64,000 nucleotides of DNA from a virus (lineage: Duplodnaviria > Heunggongvirae > Uroviricota > Caudoviricetes): positions 1 through 64,000 of the IMG/VR virus record IMGVR_UViG_3300037467_003075; one strand, written 5' to 3'. The notes beneath the pieces are model-generated. The model made no database searches, was not told the DNA's origin, and saw only the letters and a list, made by a program, of their open reading frames with translations. How positions within the stretch are numbered: position 1 is the stretch's first letter; every line of letters starts with the position of its first letter. This document shows positions 19,702 to 29,201 of this stretch, one piece after another. The translations under genes and the position numbers were made by a program.

Positions 19702-19953
19702 TTATTTTTCACCCACCATTTTACATTGAATAGCGATTGTATTTGTGCTGTTCTCGAAAGAAACAAACGAAACTTTGAGGAGGCCAAGATTCTTAATATT
19801 CAGCACAACCCCGTTCAATCCTGCTAAGGAATCCTTGCCAAGAATACCCAGGAGTTCCAGATATCCATGCTTAAGTAGGTAACGATCTCCACTAATAGAG
19901 ATAACGATTTTTTTCCATAATCTATCAAGGTACTCTCCGTTCACTATAGGCAT
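19702..19953 (-). CDS. hypothetical protein
   Basis: 83 aa ORF. Confidence 0.3.
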   Translation of the reverse strand: MPIVNGEYLDRLWKKIVISISGDRYLLKHGYLELLGILGKDSLAGLNGVVLNIKNLGLLKVSFVSFENSTNTIAIQCKMVGEK

Positions 19954-19959
19954 ATCATG

Positions 19960-20169
19960 TCACCCCTTTGTGATAAAGCGTGATGGAATATAAAAATCTA
20001 TCGTACTTCCAAACTTATCGCTAAAATAAGCAATTGTCGCATAGCCTCGTACATATGAGATTGTAATATCGTATTTTACAGCAATTTCCTCAATCCTTTT
20101 CTTGACTTCATCAAGCGATTGAAAATTGTCCAGTGATTCACCAGGCACAAAGATAAATTCATCGTCCAT
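19960..20169 (-). CDS. hypothetical protein
   Basis: 69 aa ORF. Confidence 0.3.
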   Translation of the reverse strand: MDDEFIFVPGESLDNFQSLDEVKKRIEEIAVKYDITISYVRGYATIAYFSDKFGSTIDFYIPSRFITKG

Positions 20170-20172
20170 TTT

Positions 20173-21162
20173 TTATCGCAACCTTTCCATCGTATTTGAT
20201 CTATTATTAGATTGTCTGCGCGATTCTTGAGCTTGAGGCGGAACGACACCAATCCATTCTAGACCTCTGTTTGTGATCTCTCGACCACTCCTAGCCCGAT
20301 TAACTAATCCTTTCTGCACTAGGTAAGGCTCGATAATGTTCTCGATTGTCACCCTGTCGATATCAACACCTGTAGCAAGTGCACTGATGCCGACTGGCCT
20401 AGCCTGTGTAGAAAGGAAGTTTAGAACACGGTAATCGTTTTCATCAAGGCCAATTTCATCAATGCCCATGACAGCAAATTGATTCTTTGCAATTTCATCC
20501 GTAATATCCCCGTCAGCAAGGTAGTCTGCATATTCTTTGCAGCGGTAGAAAAAGTTAATTGCAATCCTGGCAACACCCTTAGCACGTTTTGCGATTTCTG
20601 CAACCGCATCCTGTGCAATACTTACTTTCTCTCGACCAGCCAGCTTTTGAATAATCATGCTGACCTCATCAACTTGATAATTCTGCAATTGGAAATGCAA
20701 CCCAAACCTATCGCGTAGTGGCCGCGACAAATCACCCATCAGTGTGGTAGCACCGATCAACGTAAAGCTAGGAATCCAATATCGCTGCATACCTTCTCCG
20801 ATATCGATCTCTACTGTATTGTCCTCCATCGCCGTATATAGCATTTCTTCAATGCGAATCGGCATGCGGTGGATTTCATCGATAAAGATAATGTCACCAC
20901 CATCATCATTCAACGGCGCGAAAAGAGCCTGAATAGACTCAGGTGTATTGAGATTGCCACCCATTGCTACATGAAGATTGGTGCCAAACTCATTAGCGAT
21001 AATCTCAGCCAGTGTTGTCTTACCTAAGCCAGGATTGCCATACAGCAGCATATGTGGAAGCGACTTATTGTTCTTACGGCATGCGCCAATCGTAATAGCC
21101 AACTGCGTCTTAACACGCTCTTGACCTATATAATCTCTCAGTGTAAGCGGCCTATTTGCCAT
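20173..21162 (-). CDS. RuvB-like AAA+ ATPase (Holliday-junction helicase family)
   Basis: LLYGNPGLGKTTLA Walker A; DEIHR Walker B/sensor; overall RuvB domain order including a C-terminal winged helix. Confidence 0.6.
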   Translation of the reverse strand: MANRPLTLRDYIGQERVKTQLAITIGACRKNNKSLPHMLLYGNPGLGKTTLAEIIANEFGTNLHVAMGGNLNTPESIQALFAPLNDDGGDIIFIDEIHRMPIRIEEMLYTAMEDNTVEIDIGEGMQRYWIPSFTLIGATTLMGDLSRPLRDRFGLHFQLQNYQVDEVSMIIQKLAGREKVSIAQDAVAEIAKRAKGVARIAINFFYRCKEYADYLADGDITDEIAKNQFAVMGIDEIGLDENDYRVLNFLSTQARPVGISALATGVDIDRVTIENIIEPYLVQKGLVNRARSGREITNRGLEWIGVVPPQAQESRRQSNNRSNTMERLR

Positions 21163-21486
21163 TTAAGCCATCCCCTCTCTGCATTGTTGTTTATGATATT
21201 CCCTTGATTTCTTTTTATGTCGCTGCTTAGCTAGCCTTTTGGATGTGTCACCAACAACTACCCTAATAGCACCGTGTTGCGGGACATTCCATTTCCCTTT
21301 CCATTTTGCTGTTTTGGATTTAGGATACTTATGTACAATAGGGGCCATCTTCGTAGCGTCATGTGTCCTTCCATGATGCCCGCCGCCTTTATGATATCCC
21401 TGTTTCACTGTCCAGTCTCCCCTTATAAAATACAATATTATATTTTGTCCGCTTGACCAGAGGAAGCATGAGACGAAGGAGAGCAA
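21163..21486 (-). CDS. small basic protein
   Basis: Lys/His-rich; the true start may be internal (MAPIVHKYPK). Confidence 0.3.
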   Translation of the reverse strand: MLSFVSCFLWSSGQNIILYFIRGDWTVKQGYHKGGGHHGRTHDATKMAPIVHKYPKSKTAKWKGKWNVPQHGAIRVVVGDTSKRLAKQRHKKKSREYHKQQCREGMA

Positions 21487-21563
21487 TGCGCAAGGAGGTC
21501 AGAACGCATTACTCATTCATGCTTCCCCTAATCAAAGGGACAAAAGTCCCTAAGAATATAAAA

Positions 21564-22454
21564 TTATACTGTAGCTGCTATTCTTACAGCTTCCCTTTGC
21601 TGTTTCAGCGACAATTCCCTTGCGGCCCGATTATTGATAACCGGAATATCGAAATCAATCCCAAGTGAATCAAGTAACTTCTTTGCTTTAAGTTCAATGT
21701 TAGATTCTTCTATAATGCTCTGAGCAATAAACTCAAGCTGCTCCAGCGTAGAATTTTTAACCAGATTAACGAAATTGTGGCATAGCATCGCAAACTTAGC
21801 GCCGTCTTCGGCCTTGCGAATCGGATGGAACAAGCGGAACTCAATTGTAGAATAATGGCTGTGAAAGATATTTACCCACCGATAGCGACCAAGATACACC
21901 TGGTCTGCTTCAATTGCTCCACGCGAACGATTAATTGCATCCATCAGGCTGTTCATGCTTTGTGCATTCGCGACATCACGATTCCGATCATGTATAATCG
22001 TCTTGTAGATTTCAGGAATCATCTGGCAGTATCTATTTTTATACCGACGATTCTTGACAAAAAGGAACATTATATCCTCGATCTGCTTGGCAAAATGCGC
22101 CATTTTGAGCTTATCGTGGAATGTAAAATCACCAGCGCTCACATGGATATGCAAGCTAGCTCTGCCGCTTGCCGACCAACCATAGCTTGTAATAGCTTCA
22201 AATACTTCCCCAAGCGGAGCCAGGTCATGTAACGGCTCAGTAACAAACTCTACACCATACATGCTGTATGAATCGCTCCAATGGGCATTGTGGAGACTTC
22301 CGTCTCGCTTAATCTGGCAGTATGGAATACCAGTAATCCTGCGAGGGTTAGTTCGTGAATACCCCTCAATTTCAAGTCCCACTGTCCGGTTCAAAATAAA
22401 ACCAGCATAATTCAATTCTTCCCTTTTTTTACGCGGCATATATGCCCCTCCCAT
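21564..22454 (-). CDS. GS-like amidoligase (Amidoligase_2 family), paralog 2
   Basis: VGLEIEGY ... RDGSL ... YGVEFVTEP ... SLHIHVS ... RWVNIFHSHYSTIEFRLFHP. Confidence 0.6.
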   Translation of the reverse strand: MGGAYMPRKKREELNYAGFILNRTVGLEIEGYSRTNPRRITGIPYCQIKRDGSLHNAHWSDSYSMYGVEFVTEPLHDLAPLGEVFEAITSYGWSASGRASLHIHVSAGDFTFHDKLKMAHFAKQIEDIMFLFVKNRRYKNRYCQMIPEIYKTIIHDRNRDVANAQSMNSLMDAINRSRGAIEADQVYLGRYRWVNIFHSHYSTIEFRLFHPIRKAEDGAKFAMLCHNFVNLVKNSTLEQLEFIAQSIIEESNIELKAKKLLDSLGIDFDIPVINNRAARELSLKQQREAVRIAATV

Positions 22455-22500
22455 TTGTTTTATACTTATATTATAAATGATGGTGAAAAAGAAGTCAACT
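22455..22500 (-). promoter_or_regulatory. sigma-A-type promoter upstream of amidoligase paralog 2
   Basis: rc: gTTGACTtctttttcaccatcattTATAATATaagtataaaac. Confidence 0.45.
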
Positions 22501-22513
22501 AGTGAGTAGGGAA

Positions 22514-23167
22514 TTACTCAGTCCCTGCCCACACAATGTTTCTGTCCACGAACCGCTCTTCATTCCAAACTTTGTCCTCGTACACCAGCTCTTTGCCGTT
22601 CGGACGATAAATATAATGGCATCGTAGGCAAGTTGCGCCTTTGATGTCGAACATTTCCATGCGCACAATAAAGTCTGTGCCTCCGATGTTCCAGTCATAA
22701 AATTTGCTTGATTCGTTGTCAAGCGGATGTGCCGACTTCGCTTTCGCGGCACGATTATTAAAATCAGTAGGACTAAATGGATTAATGTACCGTGTTCGCG
22801 TTATGCCCTCCCTTTCCTCTCTGTGGAAAATCCAGCGCATGCGATGTTCCATTACGCCGAACCAGCTCTTGCTGGCTTCCTCTCTCTCTGTCATGTTCCA
22901 CCTGGGAAGATCATAAGGAGGGAAATCATCTGCTTTCATTGAATAGAATGGTGGCTCTTCAAACGAACTGGAAACCATGCCAAAATCTGACTCGTTGCTA
23001 CTGCTAGGCTCTTCTGTATCGTCAAAAAGGTCATCTTCATCTGACTCGTCTACAGGTAGAGGCACAGCATCATTATGGCGGATAGTCTCATCATCGTTTG
23101 TAATAAACCAAGAAGTGCTATCCCAACCATTTTGTTGCGGCCGAGCTGGTTGTGTAGGTCTAGGCAT
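22514..23167 (-). CDS. hypothetical acidic protein
   Basis: 217 aa with a D/E/S-rich N-terminal half. Confidence 0.4.
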   Translation of the reverse strand: MPRPTQPARPQQNGWDSTSWFITNDDETIRHNDAVPLPVDESDEDDLFDDTEEPSSSNESDFGMVSSSFEEPPFYSMKADDFPPYDLPRWNMTEREEASKSWFGVMEHRMRWIFHREEREGITRTRYINPFSPTDFNNRAAKAKSAHPLDNESSKFYDWNIGGTDFIVRMEMFDIKGATCLRCHYIYRPNGKELVYEDKVWNEERFVDRNIVWAGTE

Positions 23168-23187
23168 TTTTCATATCCTCCTTATAA

Positions 23188-24291
23188 TCAATTAACTGAT
23201 TCCAACAAAAAGTCTTCTCTCTTTGTAGCATACCCGTCTTGAAATCCTTCTTTGTATCCTTTGTCGTAGGATATGGCAATTTTGTTGTTCATTTCTTCTT
23301 CTAAAGAAGCTCTTCCTTTTGCCCACCCTTCAATCCAGACATTTGACTCCATGTTACGGATGTATTCTTGTAATGTTTCCAACTCATTTGTGCTTAGCTT
23401 AGTCGTAATGGTATGGAGATCGATTTCTGACGGCGCGACCCCCTCTGCGCCGTTCAAAAAAAAATAGCTTTCATCATATTCGAACCACCCTGAGTAGTTT
23501 TCCTGAAAGGAGATTGGCGTTTGGAGCAGCTGAATCATTGCCTCATCCTTAGATGTATCAAATTTGTAGATTCCATGTCTTTTTGGCTCAAGAGAAGACA
23601 CATCCTCAAAGCTCACATTTACTGTCAGATGCTCTTCATTGGCGTCTGAAATTGCATTCTTAAGAAACAATTCCACGCTAGCAAATATAATAACATTTAA
23701 GCTGTCGATCATGTACATTGTGATTGGATTGTCGTTCCTGATGATATACATCAAATTTTTGTTCTTCTTAGGAACAAAAGCCGTTGTAAAGGAACCGCTA
23801 AGCTGCTCAGCTGCCCAAACAAGGCCATCGTCATTAATAATGTCGCCTTTTGTGTCTAGTAAGCGGAAAATAACTTCGCTGTCAACTTCGGCCGCACGAT
23901 ACAGATTGTGCTTTGCAAACAGCATATCGTCATTTTGAATCATTCCATTATGAACGCCAACATAGCGGTGCGATTCAATTGGATGGTTATTTAGATTGTT
24001 CTTCTCAGAACCTTTTGTACCCATGCGGGTATGAATAAGCACGTTCTTTGTGCTTTTATTCAAGTAGCGAGTGTTAAAATGGCTAAATGCCGTTGTCCGA
24101 CACAATTCCGCCGCCCGCATAGGATATTTAAAGATACTTTGATTATTCTTAGTAAAGAAAGCAAAGCCAGTTGAATCGCGGCCGCGTATTTCATTCTCAA
24201 CTGCAATATTTCTTGCCAGGAGACGCAAATACTGCATTTCCTCGCTTGTTCGATTCTTCGGAAAAATAAGGATTCCACCTATTCCACACAC
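23188..24291 (-). CDS. class-II glutamine amidotransferase (Ntn, GAT-II) family protein, paralog 1
   Basis: Starts MCGIGG (nucleophilic Cys2); internal HNGMIQND-like motifs. Confidence 0.65.
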   Translation of the reverse strand: MCGIGGILIFPKNRTSEEMQYLRLLARNIAVENEIRGRDSTGFAFFTKNNQSIFKYPMRAAELCRTTAFSHFNTRYLNKSTKNVLIHTRMGTKGSEKNNLNNHPIESHRYVGVHNGMIQNDDMLFAKHNLYRAAEVDSEVIFRLLDTKGDIINDDGLVWAAEQLSGSFTTAFVPKKNKNLMYIIRNDNPITMYMIDSLNVIIFASVELFLKNAISDANEEHLTVNVSFEDVSSLEPKRHGIYKFDTSKDEAMIQLLQTPISFQENYSGWFEYDESYFFLNGAEGVAPSEIDLHTITTKLSTNELETLQEYIRNMESNVWIEGWAKGRASLEEEMNNKIAISYDKGYKEGFQDGYATKREDFLLESVN

Positions 24292-24380
24292 ATTAGATCA
24301 ACCTTTCGTTTTTGGATTTTTTGATATAAGATAATTATAACATATTGCAACGGCAATTGCAATATATTGCTTTCCATTGT

Positions 24381-24788
24381 TTATTCCTCGGCAATTTCAA
24401 TTTCTTCAACATCGTAATCACCAATAAACATATCAGTACCACCAGCCTGTTTTCTTTCCTTTTCTTTCTCTTCTTCGATGTACTTTTCAGCTGCGGCCAT
24501 TGTCAGAAAACCTTTATCGTGGACGGATTTTCCGTGGGCATGATCTGCCCAAACCGGAATATGTGTCACAATATATACTTTCTTCGCTTCCGCGCTTTCC
24601 AACTTCTCGATTGCGTCATCTATTTCACTTAGCAATCTTTCGTGGTGTGTTTTTGCTTTTTTGGCGGCCTCTATTTCGTAGTTGCTTCGAAGAATCTCTC
24701 TTCCCTTTTCCAATTGCTTGTTAGTTATATCTAGGATGGTAACATATTCCTCTTTTCTTGATTTTAGTAAATCTAAAGCATAAGACAC
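24381..24788 (-). CDS. hypothetical protein
   Basis: 135 aa ORF. Confidence 0.35.
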   Translation of the reverse strand: MSYALDLLKSRKEEYVTILDITNKQLEKGREILRSNYEIEAAKKAKTHHERLLSEIDDAIEKLESAEAKKVYIVTHIPVWADHAHGKSVHDKGFLTMAAAEKYIEEEKEKERKQAGGTDMFIGDYDVEEIEIAEE

Positions 24789-24873
24789 AGCTTATCACAT
24801 CCTAATCCTAATCTAATTTTATACGTTACCCATAGCTACTCTCTGGAAGCTTTAATGGGTCTAATATTACATT

Positions 24874-25197
24874 TTAATACACGAGATTGTTCTTTGCTCG
24901 ACAAACAAATAATAGCCTCTCCTTGCCGTCAAATTCCTCAATTACATAAATATCATCGTCACCTATTTCCTCAATAGCCAACTTACAACATTCACCACTG
25001 GCTTTTTCAAGGCCAATTCGTTCGACAGCGGCAATCACCAGTGGATTCGTTCGATTGCTCAAATTATGACAAAACTCAAGCCCGTTGGTACCGTACTGAC
25101 CATCGGTAATGCCAAACATTTGCAGTAGCTCGTCGGAAAATCCAAAGCCACCATACTTAGTATTGTAGAGTATTTTTTTCAACCATACTACCCCCAT
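24874..25197 (-). CDS. hypothetical protein
   Basis: 107 aa ORF; start uncertain (possible TTG near 25179). Confidence 0.35.
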   Translation of the reverse strand: MGVVWLKKILYNTKYGGFGFSDELLQMFGITDGQYGTNGLEFCHNLSNRTNPLVIAAVERIGLEKASGECCKLAIEEIGDDDIYVIEEFDGKERLLFVCRAKNNLVY

Positions 25198-25390
25198 GTT
25201 TTAAATTTTCAACCAGCTTTCTAATATGCACCAAGTCTTTAAGCTTCATTTCAGCTTCATCACGCAAGCCCTCGTAGAAGGGGCCACAGTCTTCATAGCA
25301 GCCCATAGCTCTGTATTCTCTTTCTGCATGCTCAAGAGACTTTTCAGCCTCTTCGATTTCAGCGTCGATTGCTTCTAGTACCTTATCCAA
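25157..25390 (-). CDS. hypothetical protein
   Basis: 77 aa ORF. Confidence 0.35.
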   Translation of the reverse strand: MDKVLEAIDAEIEEAEKSLEHAEREYRAMGCYEDCGPFYEGLRDEAEMKLKDLVHIRKLVENLKHGGSMVEKNTLQY

Positions 25391-25406
25391 CTAACACTCA
25401 CCCCTC

Positions 25407-26747
25407 CTACACAATTTGTCTGTACAGCATAGCACCGATCTCTCTATCGAATGCTACAATCTTATCTTTGCCGATGAACTCAAGCAATTCATTGACTTTC
25501 GTAATCGGCACCGACAAGCGGTTAGCAACTTTGTTTTTCCAGATTGAAACATTTGGACAGTCAGTGATCTGCTGCAAAGAGATGATTTCTTTCAGGTTGT
25601 CAATGTGTTCGCTGTCGATTACTTGTTGCGGATAAATATAATCTTCGATCATCCGCCAGCTCTTGCCGCCGATTCGCATCATGGATGCAGGAGTAACAGC
25701 AATTTTCTTGATGATTTCGTAGGCAGTCGGACTAATCGCAGTGATATCGGACTTGAACCAACGAACCATATCGTTAGCCATTTGCTCAAGTTTAGTAATA
25801 TCTTCGTCGCTCAATTCGCTGGAGTCGCTGTCACGCTCACCAGTGCCAGAATTTGCAAACTTGTCAAACAATGCGCGGCGCATTTCATATTCATCCTGCT
25901 TCATGCTGATTAGGCCACACTGACTAATCTCGATTGCTTTATTCAGCATAGCAACCTCAAGAGCAACCAGTGCGCTTGCATAAGCAGGAGAAAGGTGCGT
26001 ATCAGGATAGCGAATCTCGACATGGAATCGGCAAATTTCATGACCGTCGAAGCGCAGCGGATTCAGGTTTACCATTTGATACTTGCCGTATTTATGATTC
26101 ATACCACTTTGAATATCGCGCATCGAATGCTGGAGTGGGGTATAATCGAACGGAGGCTGACGGAACAATGTGTATCGTGTAATTGCGTACCGTTGTGCGC
26201 CACCACTTGCAATCCAGAATAATTCAGGAGCAAAAATCCTATGAAGCTGATAGAAGTTTGCCAGGATGATTTCAGGCACATTCTTTTCCAGCTCAGAAAA
26301 TTCGCCGTTATAGCTTGCAAGCATGTGAATATGCATCCCTGTGTGATGCGTGGTATAAAAGTCAAACTCTTGAAACTGCTGCATGATTGACTTGTTCATT
26401 TCGTAGAACAGTTTCCAGTCGAAACGGCGGCCAACTGTTACCAGCTCCATACCATTCGGCACTGAGCCATCTGTTTTGACCTCAAGCACACCTGTCTGAC
26501 CAACATATTCGATTGTATTCGTTGGTTGGAATACCTGGCGAAAGCGTCTAAAAATATATTCTTGGTCATGCTCTCGTGGGATATGTACCTCAAACTCTTC
26601 CCCAACTTTGAGGATTTTCCCAAACGTCATTTTCCAGTAGTCAACATCGCGGCTTGTGATACGTCCCATTCGATTGCTAAACATCAGCTTTTCAAACATG
26701 CTTACTTTCTGAGCCATTATTATCATCCTCCTGTATAATGAATACAA
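25407..26747 (-). CDS. GS-like amidoligase-related protein, paralog 3 (divergent)
   Basis: VGEEFEVHIP ... TDGSVPNGMELVTVG ... TGMHIHMLASY ... YQMVNLNPLRF..HEICRFHVEIRYP parallel the motifs of the other paralogs. Confidence 0.5.
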   Translation of the reverse strand: MYSLYRRMIIMAQKVSMFEKLMFSNRMGRITSRDVDYWKMTFGKILKVGEEFEVHIPREHDQEYIFRRFRQVFQPTNTIEYVGQTGVLEVKTDGSVPNGMELVTVGRRFDWKLFYEMNKSIMQQFQEFDFYTTHHTGMHIHMLASYNGEFSELEKNVPEIILANFYQLHRIFAPELFWIASGGAQRYAITRYTLFRQPPFDYTPLQHSMRDIQSGMNHKYGKYQMVNLNPLRFDGHEICRFHVEIRYPDTHLSPAYASALVALEVAMLNKAIEISQCGLISMKQDEYEMRRALFDKFANSGTGERDSDSSELSDEDITKLEQMANDMVRWFKSDITAISPTAYEIIKKIAVTPASMMRIGGKSWRMIEDYIYPQQVIDSEHIDNLKEIISLQQITDCPNVSIWKNKVANRLSVPITKVNELLEFIGKDKIVAFDREIGAMLYRQIV

Positions 26748-26962
26748 TCTGTTTTAATATAGTGATATCGAAAGGAAGCATCGGCAACCCTTGTTGCTTT
26801 AATTTCAAAGCCAGTTACCTGATATAGCCCTAATCCTTTTATGCTAAAAATATCTCCTATATTTGCTCTTTTGATAATTTTAGTTACTGTATTGTCAAGT
26901 CTAATCTTATATATCCCCCCATGAATACCGCTTACTATTATATATGCAAAGTCATACGGCAT
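26723..26962 (-). CDS. small protein, tandem paralog family member
   Basis: GDIFSIKGLGLYQVTGFEI motif shared with the ORFs at 27283, 27552 and 27794. Confidence 0.35.
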   Translation of the reverse strand: MPYDFAYIIVSGIHGGIYKIRLDNTVTKIIKRANIGDIFSIKGLGLYQVTGFEIKATRVADASFRYHYIKTDCIHYTGG

Positions 26963-27004
26963 AATGTTTACCTCTTCTTATTTTATACTTATTTTACAAG
27001 TTTG

Positions 27005-27310
27005 TCAATCATCAAAACCGACCAACTCACAAAGAAATTCCAACTTTTGCGGCCAAGAATCCCAGTTATAATATTCATCGTCATAATCAAATTCAAATAG
27101 ATAACGAGATGAAGAATCAAGAAAAGGGTTTATCGGCCTCATGACAATACTCCTAATACTAAGCGTACCCATTGACAAAATTTCAAATGAATCGCGAAGG
27201 CCAATTGCCTCAAGCTTTTCGGCAACTTCTTCTATATTCTTAATAGGAAATTCCGTTCTTATCTTAGTAGGCGCAACAATCTTTATGCAAGCTTCCGCGA
27301 TTCTAGCCAT
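27005..27310 (-). CDS. hypothetical protein
   Basis: 101 aa ORF. Confidence 0.35.
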   Translation of the reverse strand: MARIAEACIKIVAPTKIRTEFPIKNIEEVAEKLEAIGLRDSFEILSMGTLSIRSIVMRPINPFLDSSSRYLFEFDYDDEYYNWDSWPQKLEFLCELVGFDD

Positions 27311-27537
27311 GAATCAAATTCACTCCTTTGAGTATAAAATGTGACCATTTCCCTCTCGCCTTGTTCCAACATGCAATAATACGGCTCCCTGGTAATTTTG
27401 TAGATTTTCAGCATGCCTAACCATTTTACAGGTAAAACCATTCCCTCTTTCAGCGATTCAATTGCTCCTGCAACCTCTTCTGCATCACGAATCGGATATA
27501 CTTCTCCTTCCAACTCGATCATCGCAAGTTTCAACAC
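27283..27537 (-). CDS. small protein, tandem paralog family member
   Basis: GMVLPVKWLGMLKIYKITRE motif. Confidence 0.35.
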   Translation of the reverse strand: MLKLAMIELEGEVYPIRDAEEVAGAIESLKEGMVLPVKWLGMLKIYKITREPYYCMLEQGEREMVTFYTQRSEFDSWLESRKLA

Positions 27538-27551
27538 AAGCGGCCGCCTCC

Positions 27552-27803
27552 CTAAGCGTCTAATCTTCTACAGAAAATACAAACTTCTTTGCATATGCTG
27601 TTATCATCTTCTTCATATGGAGTGATAGTTGCACGAATGACTTCCAACATACCCAAGCGGTGGATTTTTAATTTGCTACCGACTTTGATCTGCATAACTT
27701 TTTTAAATATATCTTTATTCCATAAATCCTTAATAAAAAGCGTATCTTCTTCCACCATAATATATCCATAATAATATTCATTTTTCCATGTCATCACTTC
27801 CAC
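27552..27803 (-). CDS. small protein, tandem paralog family member
   Basis: GSKLKIHRLGMLEVIRATI motif. Confidence 0.35.
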   Translation of the reverse strand: MEVMTWKNEYYYGYIMVEEDTLFIKDLWNKDIFKKVMQIKVGSKLKIHRLGMLEVIRATITPYEEDDNSICKEVCIFCRRLDA

Positions 27804-28189
27804 GTCCTTTCAAAGTCCCGTTTAATAATAGATTCTATCCTCCTTTCTTCCGCGACTCGTCTGCTATCAGCAAAAGACGCGACAATTGACGTTGTAACAT
27901 TATCCCACCAATCTGATATCCAATTGCAGTCAATAACGTATTCAACGATATCGATAAAACCATCGCCAGTGTGATATTCTCTTGACAACATAACTCGCAG
28001 CCGCCCGATTCCCTTAATATTCAAGACGTCGCCAGCTTTCAACGAGGCAAGCTTGATTCGAAAATCCCACGGCTCATGAATTTTGTATTCTTTATGCTCT
28101 TCATCTTTGAATACAATAATAGACGCTACAACCGCATCGACACCCAAAATATCAGGCAGCCTAGACAAGATTAACACTTCCCTTAACAA
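27794..28189 (-). CDS. small protein, tandem paralog family member
   Basis: GDVLNIKGIGRLRVMLSREY motif; TTG start directly after an ATCTAAAATTATAT motif. Confidence 0.35.
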   Translation of the reverse strand: MLREVLILSRLPDILGVDAVVASIIVFKDEEHKEYKIHEPWDFRIKLASLKAGDVLNIKGIGRLRVMLSREYHTGDGFIDIVEYVIDCNWISDWWDNVTTSIVASFADSRRVAEERRIESIIKRDFERTWK

Positions 28190-28203
28190 TATAATTTTAG
28201 ATA

Positions 28204-28485
28204 TTAATCATGGGAAAGAAACGGAGTGAAGTTTAAGACATATCTTAAATTGCCTCTATAGCTGATTATGTGCCTATCTCTAAACTTAAGTATGCCGCCA
28301 CTCAAGCCTCTGATATCGGCATACTTAACAAATGACTTTTCAGCAAGCATGTGTGTTTTTTCAACTAATGCATCAGCTGCACCATTAGCATTATTCACTA
28401 CGTATTCTTTTTTGGTGCCTACAACTGCAATAACGACTGTTATCGTTTGTTCGTCCTGTTCGTTCTGGAAACTAATTTCGTCCAT
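28204..28485 (-). CDS. hypothetical protein (trimmed to the ATG overlapping the upstream stop)
   Basis: ATGGACGAAATTAG overlaps the stop of the HTH gene; the longer ORF-track start would overlap by 134 nt. Confidence 0.3.
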   Translation of the reverse strand: MDEISFQNEQDEQTITVVIAVVGTKKEYVVNNANGAADALVEKTHMLAEKSFVKYADIRGLSGGILKFRDRHIISYRGNLRYVLNFTPFLSHD

Positions 28486-28756
28486 CCAATCGTACAATAT
28501 TATCCCCCTCCCCAAAATACTTTCGCTTTGCTTCCTCGATAATCCGCGGCGGCAACTTATTAGCCAAGGTGAAAATTTGCTTCTCGTCAAGTTCAAACGT
28601 ATCAACTATTTTTTGAATCACTTCTTCGGATGGGATAATGTTTTTCTTCTCGATATCGGAATAATACTGTGGCGTGATGCCGACACGCCTTGCAGCCTCT
28701 GATTTTGTAAATTTCTTTGCTAACCTTGCAACCCTAATTTGTTCACCGAATGTCAT
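28472..28756 (-). CDS. XRE-family helix-turn-helix transcriptional regulator
   Basis: EQIRVARLAKKFTKSEAARRVGITPQYYSDIEKKNIIPS is a Cro/CI-type helix-turn-helix. Confidence 0.6.
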   Translation of the reverse strand: MTFGEQIRVARLAKKFTKSEAARRVGITPQYYSDIEKKNIIPSEEVIQKIVDTFELDEKQIFTLANKLPPRIIEEAKRKYFGEGDNIVRLDGRN

Positions 28757-28847
28757 ATCGGCACCCCCTTTTCTCTAATATTATACCCGATAATGATTAA
28801 GTTATCAACTTAAATTTTACCCACAAGAATTTTCCATGATGCATTCC

Positions 28848-29036
28848 TCAAGTAGTTAAGGCTTTTCTACGCCTAGATGCAAGCTGCCTCTTTTGTTCTT
28901 TTGTGAATCCCTTGCCAATATCTAGGGACAAATCGTAGCAATCGGTACACATGCCGTTAATTAATCCTGTTTTATCGACCAATCCACATGTACAACACCG
29001 CAGTTTTTCCTCCACATTTGCTGACAAATTAATCAT
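28848..29036 (-). CDS. small Cys-rich protein; its 5' end is a duplicate of the DUF932 start region
   Basis: MINLSANVEE parallels the (T)LPANVSEM start of DUF932; contains CCTCG...CTDCY. Confidence 0.3.
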   Translation of the reverse strand: MINLSANVEEKLRCCTCGLVDKTGLINGMCTDCYDLSLDIGKGFTKEQKRQLASRRRKALTT

Positions 29037-29077
29037 CCTCCTAATTAAAATATATTTTTAGATTTTTGCCACTTAGT

Positions 29078-29176
29078 TGGAGCAATAAGCGGAAACAGTT
29101 GGTCTGCTGTTTTAATCTAATTTTAGACCGATTCTACAAAATCCTTAATTAGATTTGCTTATTGCTCCAACTAAAG
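29078..29176. repeat. perfect 19-20 bp inverted repeat (CTTAGTTGGAGCAATAAGC ... GCTTATTGCTCCAACTAAG) enclosing nested hairpins and promoter-like motifs
   Basis: Read directly; lies between the GAT-II paralog 2 stop and the small gene at 28848-29036. Confidence 0.5.
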
Positions 29177-29201
29177 GGCAAAAGCCCTTTAGTATATTAT
29201 A

